A stretch of DNA of 41,943 bases, taken from Candidatus Gottesmanbacteria bacterium (GTDB taxonomy: Bacteria > Patescibacteriota > Microgenomatia > UBA10105 > UBA927). Of this stretch, positions 1 through 9,127 are shown in pieces (positions within the stretch are counted from its first letter, which is position 1; the number at the start of each line of letters is the position of its first letter). The notes beneath the pieces are model-generated. The model saw only the letters and a list, made by a program, of their open reading frames with translations, did not search any database and was not told the DNA's origin. The stretch lies in the NCBI GenBank assembly GCA_016199185.1, contig JACQHE010000039.1:1-41943 (forward strand). The letters are read 5' to 3'. The translations under genes were made by a program, and so were the position numbers.

Positions 1-271
1 CCATAGTCCATCCTCCTTTCAACACTGCGAGTGAGTGTAGTTGAGAGTTCAGAAGATTACAAAGGGGAAAACTGCCGTTTTTATCATGCAGTTAAATGAA
101 CACTACCAGCAAGCGTAGGCATTTTGCGCCTCTGTTTTGTTGGCTTGAAAATTGCTCTTTAACACCGCCGCGCAAACCTCCTATCGCGCACTTGTGCCGA
201 GAAATGGAGAGCCAACACTGGGTTGACTCTAAATCTTTACGCTCGGCGCAAAGAAGCGCCAGGAGGATGAG

Positions 272-757
272 ATGAATACAAGAATGATAGCTATAGGTTT
301 GCTGCTCATTGTCGCGGGGACATTACTCATGGTAGCCGTCGCGATGCAGCCGCTACCCGCGCCGACCGCCACCACGACGCCCGACCCCACCCAGACCGCC
401 CGGGTGGAGTACGTCGTCGTCACCGCAACGCAGAATCCCGCCCTCGGCGTGGTCCAAACCGACTCGGTCGCCGTGATTGCTCACCGCAGCGAAACCATCG
501 AGAACGTTGTGACGGTCTTTTCGATCAATGCTGTGGGCTGGGGAGTGTACGGTTATCCCTGCCCATCGCTAAAGGGCGTCCACTTCTTGCCCTCTTCGGG
601 AGGCATTACCTACGGCCAGGAGGGCAACGTCTGGATTGAAATCGATGACGATGCTATGACAGGATACTGTCAAGGTGAAATCGTCATCACGTTTCTTTCA
701 AAAGACAATCGGACGGAGAAGCATACCGTCAAGTTCCAACTGACGGTCTTGCCATAG
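272..757 (+). CDS. Hypothetical membrane-anchored/secreted protein with Pro/Thr-rich linker
   Basis: AGGAGG at 261-266 before the ATG; N-terminal hydrophobic helix; PAPTATTTPDPTQT linker; beta-rich C-terminus with two Cys. Confidence 0.75.
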   Translation: MNTRMIAIGLLLIVAGTLLMVAVAMQPLPAPTATTTPDPTQTARVEYVVVTATQNPALGVVQTDSVAVIAHRSETIENVVTVFSINAVGWGVYGYPCPSLKGVHFLPSSGGITYGQEGNVWIEIDDDAMTGYCQGEIVITFLSKDNRTEKHTVKFQLTVLP

Positions 758-840
758 CGCGGTGGTGACCGGGTGGGGCGGAAAGCTCTGTACTGTGCGC
801 TTCTCATAGCGCTCTTTACATCTTTTCGTCCCACCCGGTA

Positions 841-985
841 CCTTTTTTCTTCTGTTTCACCGGCAATCCCCACAATCGTCCAAAATACCAGTTCCTCTGC
901 GATAGACGTTACGTTGGTTTGGGAATGAAAAAGATAGAGGAGGAGAGCAAAAAGGAGCGTTCGGTACGAGGTGCGAAAGTAAAGA
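841..985 (-). pseudogene. Possible remnant of a polytopic membrane protein C-terminus (O-antigen-ligase-like)
   Basis: Minus-frame segment YRTLLFALLLYLFHSQTNVTSIAEELVFWTIVGIAG looks like two TM helices; no credible start codon. Family assignment is from recollection only. Confidence 0.25.
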
Positions 986-1035
986 GACCGGTGTGCTTGC
1001 CGTGATGGAGAAAACTTCATACAATAGGGAGTGTC

Positions 1036-1857
1036 ATGAGAGAGATAGCAAAAATCGCGGTTTTTAAAGGGAAAGCGATTCGGAAAACAATCTACAACAA
1101 TGAATGGTGGTTTTCGGTGATTGATGTATGTGATGCACTCACGGCGAGCACTGATGCCGGAGCCTATTGGAGAAAGTTGAAACAGAGACTGAAAGAAGAA
1201 GGAAGCGAGGTCGTGACATTTTGTCACGGACTGAAATTGGAAGCATCTGACGGAAAAAAATATGAAACCGACTGCGCCAACACCGAAACGATGCTTCGTA
1301 TCATCCAGTCCGTTCCTTCTCCCAAAGCAGAACCGTTCAAGCGGTGGCTCGCACGCGTCGGGTATGAGCGGGTGCAGGAGATTGAAGACCCGGAGCTTGC
1401 CATGAAGAGGATGAAAGCCATCTATGAGCAGAAAGGCTATCCCAAAGATTGGATCGAAAAGCGGGTGCGCGGCATTGCGGTTCGAGGCGAACTCACCGAC
1501 GAATGGAAAAACCGGGGAGCACAAGAACAGATTGAATACGCTATTCTCACCAATGATATCATGAAAGGAGCGTTTGCGTTGACGGTGGAGGAATACAAGA
1601 ACCTGAAAGGTTTGCAGCGGGAGAATCTGCGCGATCACATGAATGACATCGAACTTATCCTCACAATGCTTGGGGAGGTGACGAGCACAAAACTTCATCG
1701 TGACCGTGATTCGCAAGGGTTTCCACAGCTTGACCGAGATGCCAAAGATGGCGGGGCAGTCGCCGGCCGGACCAGAAAAGACATCGAGCGGCAGTCGGGT
1801 AAACGCGTAGTAAGCGGCGAGAATTATTTACCTGAGAAACGCAATAAAAACTTATGA
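1036..1857 (+). CDS. Bro-N domain protein (phage antirepressor-like)
   Basis: EWWFSVIDVC, LKLEASDGKKYETD, IQSVPSPKAEPFKRWLARVGYER and ENLRDHM motifs; ATGA overlap with ftsK. Confidence 0.9.
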   Translation: MREIAKIAVFKGKAIRKTIYNNEWWFSVIDVCDALTASTDAGAYWRKLKQRLKEEGSEVVTFCHGLKLEASDGKKYETDCANTETMLRIIQSVPSPKAEPFKRWLARVGYERVQEIEDPELAMKRMKAIYEQKGYPKDWIEKRVRGIAVRGELTDEWKNRGAQEQIEYAILTNDIMKGAFALTVEEYKNLKGLQRENLRDHMNDIELILTMLGEVTSTKLHRDRDSQGFPQLDRDAKDGGAVAGRTRKDIERQSGKRVVSGENYLPEKRNKNL

Positions 1858-4001
1858 AACGATCGTTTTTTAGGAGAGGCAGGCGGCGGTACAAGAGGCG
1901 CTCGCCCTTTCACTTCAAACTCAAACAGCAGACGGTGTATACCGTGGGCGCTATCTGGCTCTGGTTGTTTGCGGCAGTCGTAACGTTTTCCTTTTCCGGT
2001 GAAGGGGCGGTGCTTATGGCGCTTCGCGACGCCCTTACCGCGCACGTCGGCTGGATCATGTACCTCCTGCCGCCGTTTTTGGTTTCGGCGAGCTTTCTCT
2101 TCTTTAAGGTAAAAAGCGACATCGGCAAGCCTAATGTGCCGATGGGGTTGGGGCTCATGCTCGTGTCCCTGGCAACTCTTACCCGGGCCGGGGATGTGGG
2201 CGTCCTATTCTGGTCGGTCCTATCCGCGGCAATTGCGCCGGAAGGCGCCATTGTGGTGGCGCTGGGAATCTTTATGATGAGCCTCATGGTGCTTTTTAAT
2301 GCCTCACTTGACCGGGTGATGAACTTTCTTTTTCTGGGCGTGCAGGCGCTGTTTGAGTGGGCAAATAGCATCCTTGAGGCAGTCACCGGGAAGTCAAACA
2401 AACCATTGTATGGACCAGAAGTGAAACCGATCCTTAAAATCAAGGGCGTTGACGAGGGCAAGGCGCTTGCCAAAGCGCCGATTGCTCCGCCGCCGGTTCC
2501 GGTCAAATCAGAGCTGAAGATTCAAAGTCCCATGACGAATGCGCCGGACGGCTCGGCAATATGGGAGTACCCGCCGCTGTCGCTTCTGTCTGACGGCCCG
2601 AGCGGCAAAGCAGACCGGGGAGACGTGCGCGACAATGCCCAAATTATTGAGAAAACGTTGGATGGGTTTGGCATAAAGGCAGATGTCGTGGAAGTGAACA
2701 AAGGGCCTGCGGTTACGCAATATGCGCTTGAGATTGCCTTGGGCACGAAAGTATCCAAAATCACCGCGTTATCCAGTGACCTGGCCCTGGCTTTGGCCGC
2801 TCCCACCGGCCAGGTAAGGATCGAAGCGCCGATTCCGGGAAGAAAGCTGGTCGGCATAGAGATACCCAATCGCGGTTTGGAGTTTGTAACGCTTAAAAAT
2901 ATGCTCGGATCCGACACGATGCGTAAATCCAAGAGTAAATTGACGGTTGCTCTGGGGCTTGATGTGTCCGGAAGTCCCGTGATAGCTGATATCGGGAAAA
3001 TGCCTCATGTCCTGGTTGCCGGTACGACGGGCTCGGGAAAATCTGTCCTTATTAATTCATGGATCTGCTCGCTTCTGTTTCGTACGACCCCGCAGGAAGT
3101 GCGCCTCATTATGGTGGATCCCAAAAGAGTGGAACTTGCCGGTTATAACGGCATCCCGCATCTGTTGACTCCGGTTATCGTGGAGCCGGATAAGATTCTC
3201 TCCTCGCTTCGCTGGGCGATGGGAGAAATGGAAAACCGTTATAAACAGTTTGCTCAAGTCGGAGTGAGAAATATCGATGGGTTCAATGAACTTTCCGGCT
3301 TTCAGGCAATTCCATATATCGTCATTTTTGTCGATGAACTGGCAGATCTGATGGCGTACGCGCCGGTTGAGGTAGAGGACAGCATCTGCCGATTGGCGCA
3401 GATGGCCAGAGCAACCGGCATCCATCTGGTGGTATCCACGCAGCGGCCGTCTGTTGACGTCATTACGGGACTTATCAAAGCCAATATACCGGCAAGGATC
3501 GCATTTAACGTTTCCTCCATGGTGGACTCACGGGTGATCATCGACATGCCCGGTGCCGAGAAGATGTTGGGCCGCGGAGACATGCTTTACGTCCCGCCGG
3601 ATCAGGCCAAACCCAGCCGCATCCAGGGCACGTTCGTCTCCGAGGTTGAGGTCAATAAAGTCGTGGAGTTTCTGCGTACGAAGAACGTTCCCGTCGAGTA
3701 TACGGAAGAAGTGACGAGCCTCTCCGTGCCGGTGGGCGGCAAGAAAGGGATGATGGGCACCGTAGGCGGCGACGGGCACGATCACCTGTTTGAAGACGCT
3801 ATCCGGCTCGTGTGCCAGTATGATAAAGCCAGCGCGTCGCTTCTGCAGCGCCGGCTTTCGATCGGCTACGCGCGGGCGGCACGCATCCTGGATCAGCTGG
3901 AAGCCTCCGGCATCATTGGACCGGGGGAAGGCAGCAAACCCCGTGACGTGCTTATGAAAAATGCGGAAGAGTACCTTTCGCAGCAAGCACAACAGCAATG
4001 A
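1854..4001 (+). CDS. ftsK: DNA translocase FtsK/SpoIIIE
   Basis: N-terminal TM helices; Walker A GTTGSGKS; Walker B IVIFVDE; TQRPSVDVITG; gamma domain SASLLQRRLSIGYARAARILD. Confidence 0.97.
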   Translation: MKRSFFRRGRRRYKRRSPFHFKLKQQTVYTVGAIWLWLFAAVVTFSFSGEGAVLMALRDALTAHVGWIMYLLPPFLVSASFLFFKVKSDIGKPNVPMGLGLMLVSLATLTRAGDVGVLFWSVLSAAIAPEGAIVVALGIFMMSLMVLFNASLDRVMNFLFLGVQALFEWANSILEAVTGKSNKPLYGPEVKPILKIKGVDEGKALAKAPIAPPPVPVKSELKIQSPMTNAPDGSAIWEYPPLSLLSDGPSGKADRGDVRDNAQIIEKTLDGFGIKADVVEVNKGPAVTQYALEIALGTKVSKITALSSDLALALAAPTGQVRIEAPIPGRKLVGIEIPNRGLEFVTLKNMLGSDTMRKSKSKLTVALGLDVSGSPVIADIGKMPHVLVAGTTGSGKSVLINSWICSLLFRTTPQEVRLIMVDPKRVELAGYNGIPHLLTPVIVEPDKILSSLRWAMGEMENRYKQFAQVGVRNIDGFNELSGFQAIPYIVIFVDELADLMAYAPVEVEDSICRLAQMARATGIHLVVSTQRPSVDVITGLIKANIPARIAFNVSSMVDSRVIIDMPGAEKMLGRGDMLYVPPDQAKPSRIQGTFVSEVEVNKVVEFLRTKNVPVEYTEEVTSLSVPVGGKKGMMGTVGGDGHDHLFEDAIRLVCQYDKASASLLQRRLSIGYARAARILDQLEASGIIGPGEGSKPRDVLMKNAEEYLSQQAQQQ

Positions 4002-4654
4002 AAACCGTCGGTTCAATTCTTCGAGAAGCCAGAGAGGCAAAACATGTTACGTTTGCGCAGATTGAGGCTGCTACCAAAATCCGTGCAAAGTTTTTGGAAG
4101 CCATCGAAGCAGACGATTACAGCCTTCTTCCGTCACAAGCGTACGCGAAGGGTTTTGTGAAAAATTATGCAGATTTTGTAGGCATTTCTAGCGCCACAAT
4201 TCTTGCTTTTTTTCGGCGCCAGACCCGGGAGGCGGCCAAATCCGCGATTCTTCCGAAAGGTGTCGCACAGCACCTTAACCGTACGTGGCTCCAGCTGACG
4301 CCGGGGAGATTTCTCATCTTTCTTTTTGTAGGACTGGTCGTCACCTTCCTTATCTATCTGGGTATCCAGTACGGGAAGCTCCGGAATCCTCCGGGGCTCA
4401 CTATCGAAGCGCCCAAAGAGGGCGCCTTCGTCACGGCCAAAAAAGTGGATGTGCTCGGGGCGGCGGACGGGGACGCAACCGTGACGGTCAACGGCATTTC
4501 CGTATTAGTGCGAAGTGACGGCAAGTTCTTTGACCAGGTGACGCTTGAGCCGGGAGGCAATACGATCATCGTAACCGCCACCAGCCGCTACGGCAAGGAA
4601 ACGACCGTGACGAGAAACGTGACGTATCAGGGGGAAGAGTCAAATCCTCGTTGA
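3998..4654 (+). CDS. RodZ-like HTH protein with TM helix and C-terminal Ig-like domain
   Basis: VGSILREARE...KIRAKFLEAIE...YAKGFVKNYA HTH; one TM helix; beta-sandwich tail; ATGA overlap with ftsK. Confidence 0.85.
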   Translation: MKTVGSILREAREAKHVTFAQIEAATKIRAKFLEAIEADDYSLLPSQAYAKGFVKNYADFVGISSATILAFFRRQTREAAKSAILPKGVAQHLNRTWLQLTPGRFLIFLFVGLVVTFLIYLGIQYGKLRNPPGLTIEAPKEGAFVTAKKVDVLGAADGDATVTVNGISVLVRSDGKFFDQVTLEPGGNTIIVTATSRYGKETTVTRNVTYQGEESNPR

Positions 4655-4658
4655 CAGT

Positions 4659-4773
4659 AAAGAAGTCAAGAGTGTAAAGTACAAAGTACAGAGAAAGTAC
4701 AAAGTACACACAGTACAAAGTACAAAAAAGAAATGCGTGCTTCCTTTATACTCTTGACTGTGTACTTTTGACT
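4659..4773. repeat. Heptamer-periodic imperfect inverted repeat (AGTACAA/AGTCAAG family, copy 1)
   Basis: Left arm repeats aaagtac/agtcaag; right arm ctttatactcttgactgtgtacttttgact; 4664-4679 pairs with 4744-4759 with one G-U. Confidence 0.85.
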
Positions 4774-4793
4774 CGCTTTGCTTTTTCCTGCCT

Positions 4794-5057
4794 ATGGATC
4801 CTGTCCAACTTACCATCATCGCAGTTAGCCTTGTCCTCACGGCGCTCTTCGTCTTCCTCGGCGTCCAAGTGTGGCTTATCCTCAAGGAAATGCGCACGTC
4901 GCTGCAAAAAGTGAATACCATGCTAACCGATGCAACCAAAGTGACGGGTACGGTGAGCGAAGGGTTTACCAGTGTCGCGGGTCTGGTGAGCGGGCTGAAA
5001 GCCGGACTATCATTATTTAGCGCGTTTCGCGGGAAGAAAGGAGACGATCATGAGTAA
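4794..5057 (+). CDS. Small membrane protein (DUF948/YtxG-like)
   Basis: N-terminal TM followed by an amphipathic coiled region; overlaps the start of the YtxH-like gene. Confidence 0.75.
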   Translation: MDPVQLTIIAVSLVLTALFVFLGVQVWLILKEMRTSLQKVNTMLTDATKVTGTVSEGFTSVAGLVSGLKAGLSLFSAFRGKKGDDHE

Positions 5058-5352
5058 CGACAATCATCACGACAATCGCTTTTGGTTTGGATTTTTCCTG
5101 GGCGGGCTTTTGGGCGCGCTCATCCTTTTTTTCATGGGCACCAAGGAGGGTAAAAAGACGGGTAAGCTCCTGGAGGATAAGATTGAAGAGATAGAAAAAC
5201 GCGGGCTGCAGCTGAAAGAAGACGTAAAAGAAGAGGCAGCAGAGAAATTAGATGATGCACTTGCCCACATCGAGAAATTGCAGGAGCAAAGTGTGGAAAC
5301 GACCAAACACATCCGGAGCCGCTTCTTCAAAAATCTTCCCAAAAGACGATAG
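5050..5352 (+). CDS. YtxH-like protein
   Basis: FWFGFFLGGLLGALILFF...GKK motif then charged coiled coil; AAGGAG upstream. Confidence 0.75.
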   Translation: MSNDNHHDNRFWFGFFLGGLLGALILFFMGTKEGKKTGKLLEDKIEEIEKRGLQLKEDVKEEAAEKLDDALAHIEKLQEQSVETTKHIRSRFFKNLPKRR

Positions 5353-5745
5353 TTACTCCATCTTTTTGAGATTCTGCCAGACGCCGATGACGTTACTCTC
5401 CGTATCTTTGATGCGGGCGTAGAGGCCCATGTCCGCAACCTGCATTTTTGGCATAACGACCACGGCGCCTGCGGCTGTGGCCTTGGCGAGCGCTTCATCC
5501 AGATTGGCGACGTTGATAACAATGACCGGAGTTTCTCCCGGTGCCCTGCGCTTCTCCATCCCGCCGTTGATCGCCCCGGGTTTCGTGGGCATTTGTTTGT
5601 CATCAATCGGTGTGGTGTAGACCATGAAATACTCCATGCCGGGCATGGGAGCTTTGACGATGTTCCACCCGAATACGTCGCGATAAAACTTCTGCGCTCT
5701 GGCCGTATCATCCGCCGGAATTTCAAAGTGCACGACACTGTCCAT
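5353..5745 (-). CDS. VOC family (glyoxalase/bleomycin-resistance) protein
   Basis: VVHFEIPADD...FYRDVFGW...GAINGG...DTESNVIGVWQ; AAGGAGG SD upstream on the minus strand. Confidence 0.92.
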   Translation of the reverse strand: MDSVVHFEIPADDTARAQKFYRDVFGWNIVKAPMPGMEYFMVYTTPIDDKQMPTKPGAINGGMEKRRAPGETPVIVINVANLDEALAKATAAGAVVVMPKMQVADMGLYARIKDTESNVIGVWQNLKKME

Positions 5746-5822
5746 ATGTTTGTCCTCCTTCGAATAATGAACACCTACGTTGTGTTCTGTACGTTATCAT
5801 ACAAAAGAAACACAGGAGTTGG

Positions 5823-6536
5823 CTAGAGGGAAAAATCAACGGCAGAACAGGCGAGGAGGCGCGTGGTGTCGATTATGGGAAGAGGAGAACTATGATCGGT
5901 GATGATAAGCGGCAGTTCAGTGCAGGCGAGGATGACGGCATCCGCGCCCTTTCTTTTGTACTGTGCCATGATACCGAGAATTTCCTTCGTTGAGTCCTCC
6001 TCGCATATTCCTTTAACAAGCTCGCTATAGATAATCTCGTTGATTCGTTTTCTCTCCCGATCATTGGGATAGGTTGGTGTGACTTTTTGTTTGAGAAGCG
6101 TTTCATCATAGAGATGGTCATCCATCGTGATTCCAACGCCGAGAATAAGCGGGCGCCTGTATTTTTTAGCGTTACATTCGTCGGCAACGATGGTAAGAAG
6201 GTTAATGACCGGGATCGGTGAGTTCTCCTGAATTTCCTTGATGGCAAAGTGGATGGAGTTGGCAGGAATCACGGCAAACTGAACTCCGACTGATGCGAGT
6301 TTTTGTATTGATCCAAGAAGAATAGAAGCGACGCTGTGCCAATCTTTTTTGACTTGCGCTTGGTAGATCGTATCAAAGGTCGGATGGGTGAGGGTAATCT
6401 CCGGATGCCTGCGCTCCCCAAGGATTTTTTCGGACTCGGATATGATTGTTTGGTAGCAAAGTGCCGCGCCCGGGGCAGTCACCGCCACGATACCGATGTG
6501 TTTATGTGGCTTTTCCTGCAGTTTTTTTAAGTTCAT
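5823..6536 (-). CDS. Aspartate/glutamate racemase family protein
   Basis: IPANSIH, INEIIYSEL, GADAVILACTELPL, IIDTT motifs. Confidence 0.88.
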   Translation of the reverse strand: MNLKKLQEKPHKHIGIVAVTAPGAALCYQTIISESEKILGERRHPEITLTHPTFDTIYQAQVKKDWHSVASILLGSIQKLASVGVQFAVIPANSIHFAIKEIQENSPIPVINLLTIVADECNAKKYRRPLILGVGITMDDHLYDETLLKQKVTPTYPNDRERKRINEIIYSELVKGICEEDSTKEILGIMAQYKRKGADAVILACTELPLIITDHSSPLPIIDTTRLLACSAVDFSL

Positions 6537-7496
6537 GGTAGAGGTTGTCTTCTATCTCAATCTCGCCAGAATGTAATCGTTGTTTCGTTATACGGTCGCC
6601 GCGCTCGCCCGGCATGAAGATTTCTTTTACACCCGGAAGTTTCTTTGTCTTCTTGACATGCGCGATAAGCGTGGAAACATTTTTGGCAAACTCTTTTCGG
6701 TCGGTCAGGATTTCCGGATCGATCGCGATGACAAGATTGCCCCAGTTGGTTGCCGTATCGCCGATGCCGGTGAAGGATGCGCCGACCAGCGGTCCGGTGA
6801 GAATCTCGACCATGAGGGCAAGTCCGGCGCTTTTGTAACTTTTATCAAATGGCCGGAGTGCGCCATTCATGGCTTTTCCCGGATCATCCGTCAGGTTACC
6901 CTCGCTATCGTAGGCGATATCCGGTGGGATTTTCCGGCCTGCGGTTTTTGCTTCGTCAATCCGTAATAGGCCATGGCAGCAGTAGCCATGTCCAAAACAA
7001 TTGGATCTTGGGATGTAGGAATTCCGATGGCCACCGGATTAGTGCCGAAGATTGGTTCATACGATCCGTGGTACGAAACGGTCTCGGGCGATCCGGCAAA
7101 GACAAAACCGATGAGTCCTTCCCGCGCGATTTGTCCGGCCCAGTATCCGAGCGCGCCGGTCGAACTGTTCGTATTATTTGTTCCGACGATGCCAATTCCA
7201 TGCTTTTTCGCTTTGGTGAGTGACATATCCACGGTTTTTTTGATGACCACGGCGCCGGGATTATGATGGCCGTTGATGCGGGCTGAAAGCTTGGTTTCTT
7301 TTTCTATGGTTATGTCACCCGCCTGCGGGTTTTTCGGGATGCCTTTGCCGATGAGTTTGACGAGCCCCTGGTTATTGCCCCGAAGTTGGGCATACATGAG
7401 CATGCCCCGGATAACAGGAATCTCCTCATCGTTATAGCCATATCTTTTAAGTGCTTGCGTGGCAAGCGATTCCAATTCAGAGATTTTTACTTTCAT
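6502..7496 (-). pseudogene. Ldh_2 (malate/L-lactate/ureidoglycolate dehydrogenase-like) oxidoreductase, frameshifted
   Basis: FGTNPVAIGIP and DMAT in the first frame; YKSAGLALMVEILTG and MPGE in the second. One base appears missing at about 6955-6956 (TTG AC GAA); the shifted frame reads EAKTAGRKIPPDIAYDSEG. Confidence 0.85.
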
Positions 7497-7610
7497 GATG
7501 ACCTCCCTCGGATAACCAATGTATTACCATATCTTCGATACAAAGAAAAGAGCAGTTCCGGGGGGGGATGCGAGCGGATGCGTGTCCTTCGGCAGAGGGA
7601 AAAAGTTTTT

Positions 7611-7691
7611 TCATGGCGTGACGATGGTAAATCCGGCGCGTTTGAAATGGTTGTCAAAGGTGGCAACGTGGGTAAGTCCCAGCTGTTTCAT
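7611..7691 (-). pseudogene. VapC/PIN toxin C-terminal remnant
   Basis: Translates to MKQLGLTHVATFDNHFKRAGFTIVTP*, matching the PIN C-terminal pattern M..lGi..a.tFD.hF..aGF. Confidence 0.65.
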
Positions 7692-7700
7692 AGTAAGAGA

Positions 7701-8159
7701 TCAATCAATACCATAGATGATTTTATCTTCTTCCGATGCTCCCATGGGTTTGTTTGGAGTGCGTGAAGGCTTCTTTATTATATCCCACATTGCCTGATAG
7801 TGAGATTGTTTTGATTTTTTTTGTTCTTTTTGAAGATCAAGCTCGGATTTCAGCCAGTCGGCGTATTTGTTAGACATGTGGGTGATGGGGAGGGCGAAGA
7901 TCGCTGGATTGGAATAGGTGTGGAGCTTGAGCACTTCTTTTTCTACTGCCACATAGTGCTTCTCCACAGTTTTACAAAGAAGGATCACTTCATCGGCTTC
8001 TTCGATGTAGTTTTTCCCCGGCGGCCAGAGGTATGCCGAGTGCATGCCGGGAATGATATTAATGCACCCCACGAGCCGTTTTTTGAGGAGCTGCCGCCCA
8101 ATATCCTCCGCCTGCTCTTTTGACTCACAGGTGATGTAAACGAGAATCATGGTGATCAT
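7701..8159 (-). CDS. cutA: CutA divalent-cation tolerance protein with extra C-terminal tail
   Basis: LVYITC...LVGCINI...SAYLW...LHTYSNPAI...YADWL, plus about 45 extra residues; ATGA overlap with the upstream gene. Confidence 0.88.
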   Translation of the reverse strand: MITMILVYITCESKEQAEDIGRQLLKKRLVGCINIIPGMHSAYLWPPGKNYIEEADEVILLCKTVEKHYVAVEKEVLKLHTYSNPAIFALPITHMSNKYADWLKSELDLQKEQKKSKQSHYQAMWDIIKKPSRTPNKPMGASEEDKIIYGID

Positions 8160-8755
8160 ACTATTGCTCGGATTCGTCCAATGCGCTTTTTTAGCTCAAA
8201 TTGGATGGGTGCATAGATAGTGAGATCAACAAGAAGGATGTAGAGTGGAAAGCCATAGTGGGCTAGTGTCCAATCGGTGACAGTCAATAAAGTAAGCAGT
8301 CCATTAATCGCAGCGGCAAGCCATATCCAACCAACTTCAGTTTCGGGGTGGTGATATGCTTTTACGATAGTCGGCACTGCCGCCAGTCCGTCGGCGGCGA
8401 TGCTTAGTAAAATCGCGATATTCCCCTCTTTTGTTATAAGCCACAGGATAAGTGCAAGAAGTGAAAGCGCGCCGCAGGTTAAATCAAACCGAGTTATTTT
8501 CCATTCTGCTTTTTTATTTACAAAAGACGCAAGAAATATGAGGAGCGGTAGAAAACCAACGCTAAACGTCATGAGCGATTGGATGCCGACGCCTTTTTGG
8601 ACTTCGGCGGTAAACGCAATAAGCGGGGCGATGGACCACAAGAGAAATGAAACGCGATTCGGTTTGACGGTGCCTCGTATCGTATCAACGAGATACCAGA
8701 GAGCGCCAATTGATCCTATGACTGCGCCGATTATGACGAAGTAGGAGGGTAGCAT
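8156..8755 (-). CDS. Hypothetical multi-pass membrane protein
   Basis: Several TM helices; KPNRVSFLLW and PTIVKAYHHPETE motifs; TGATATACT extended -10 lies 6 nt upstream. Confidence 0.8.
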   Translation of the reverse strand: MLPSYFVIIGAVIGSIGALWYLVDTIRGTVKPNRVSFLLWSIAPLIAFTAEVQKGVGIQSLMTFSVGFLPLLIFLASFVNKKAEWKITRFDLTCGALSLLALILWLITKEGNIAILLSIAADGLAAVPTIVKAYHHPETEVGWIWLAAAINGLLTLLTVTDWTLAHYGFPLYILLVDLTIYAPIQFELKKRIGRIRAIV

Positions 8756-8773
8756 GGTTGGAGTATATCAGAC

Positions 8774-9121
8774 TTAAGGGATATGTTTTACGGAGTGTTG
8801 CTTCGGATCAAACTTGGGCGTGGTGACCATAAAGATTGTCACGGTGCCTTGCCACGCAAAGCGCTCTCCTTTATCCAGGAAAATTACGTCACCGATCGTT
8901 ATTGTGTGTTGTGCCTTAGGCGAAAGTACGTGACCATGGCCGGAAATGACGAAGGCAAGTTCTTTGGAGACGCTATTGATGGCAAAACCTTTTTCTGGGT
9001 ATCTACCGTTGATTTCCGCCACAGCGCCGCTGACCACGGCGTCATCCATGAAATATTCCCAGACGGTCGTTGAAGCCGACGCTTGAACTTTGTTAGCTTC
9101 GGATGATTGAATGATGGTCAT
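8774..9121 (-). CDS. Cupin-fold protein
   Basis: INGRYP...KELAFVISGHG...GDVIFLDKGERFAW beta-barrel pattern. Confidence 0.75.
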   Translation of the reverse strand: MTIIQSSEANKVQASASTTVWEYFMDDAVVSGAVAEINGRYPEKGFAINSVSKELAFVISGHGHVLSPKAQHTITIGDVIFLDKGERFAWQGTVTIFMVTTPKFDPKQHSVKHIP

Positions 9122-9127
9122 ATGGAG

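Noticed and set aside
1..260. Riboswitch or ncRNA in the leader of a minus-strand gene starting at position 4
   Set aside because: An SD and ATG are visible at the window edge, but no riboswitch consensus could be recognised.
670..1716. 348-aa minus-strand ORF
   Set aside because: Mostly the antisense shadow of the Bro-N gene; only a short hydrophobic segment looks protein-like and is listed as a low-confidence remnant.
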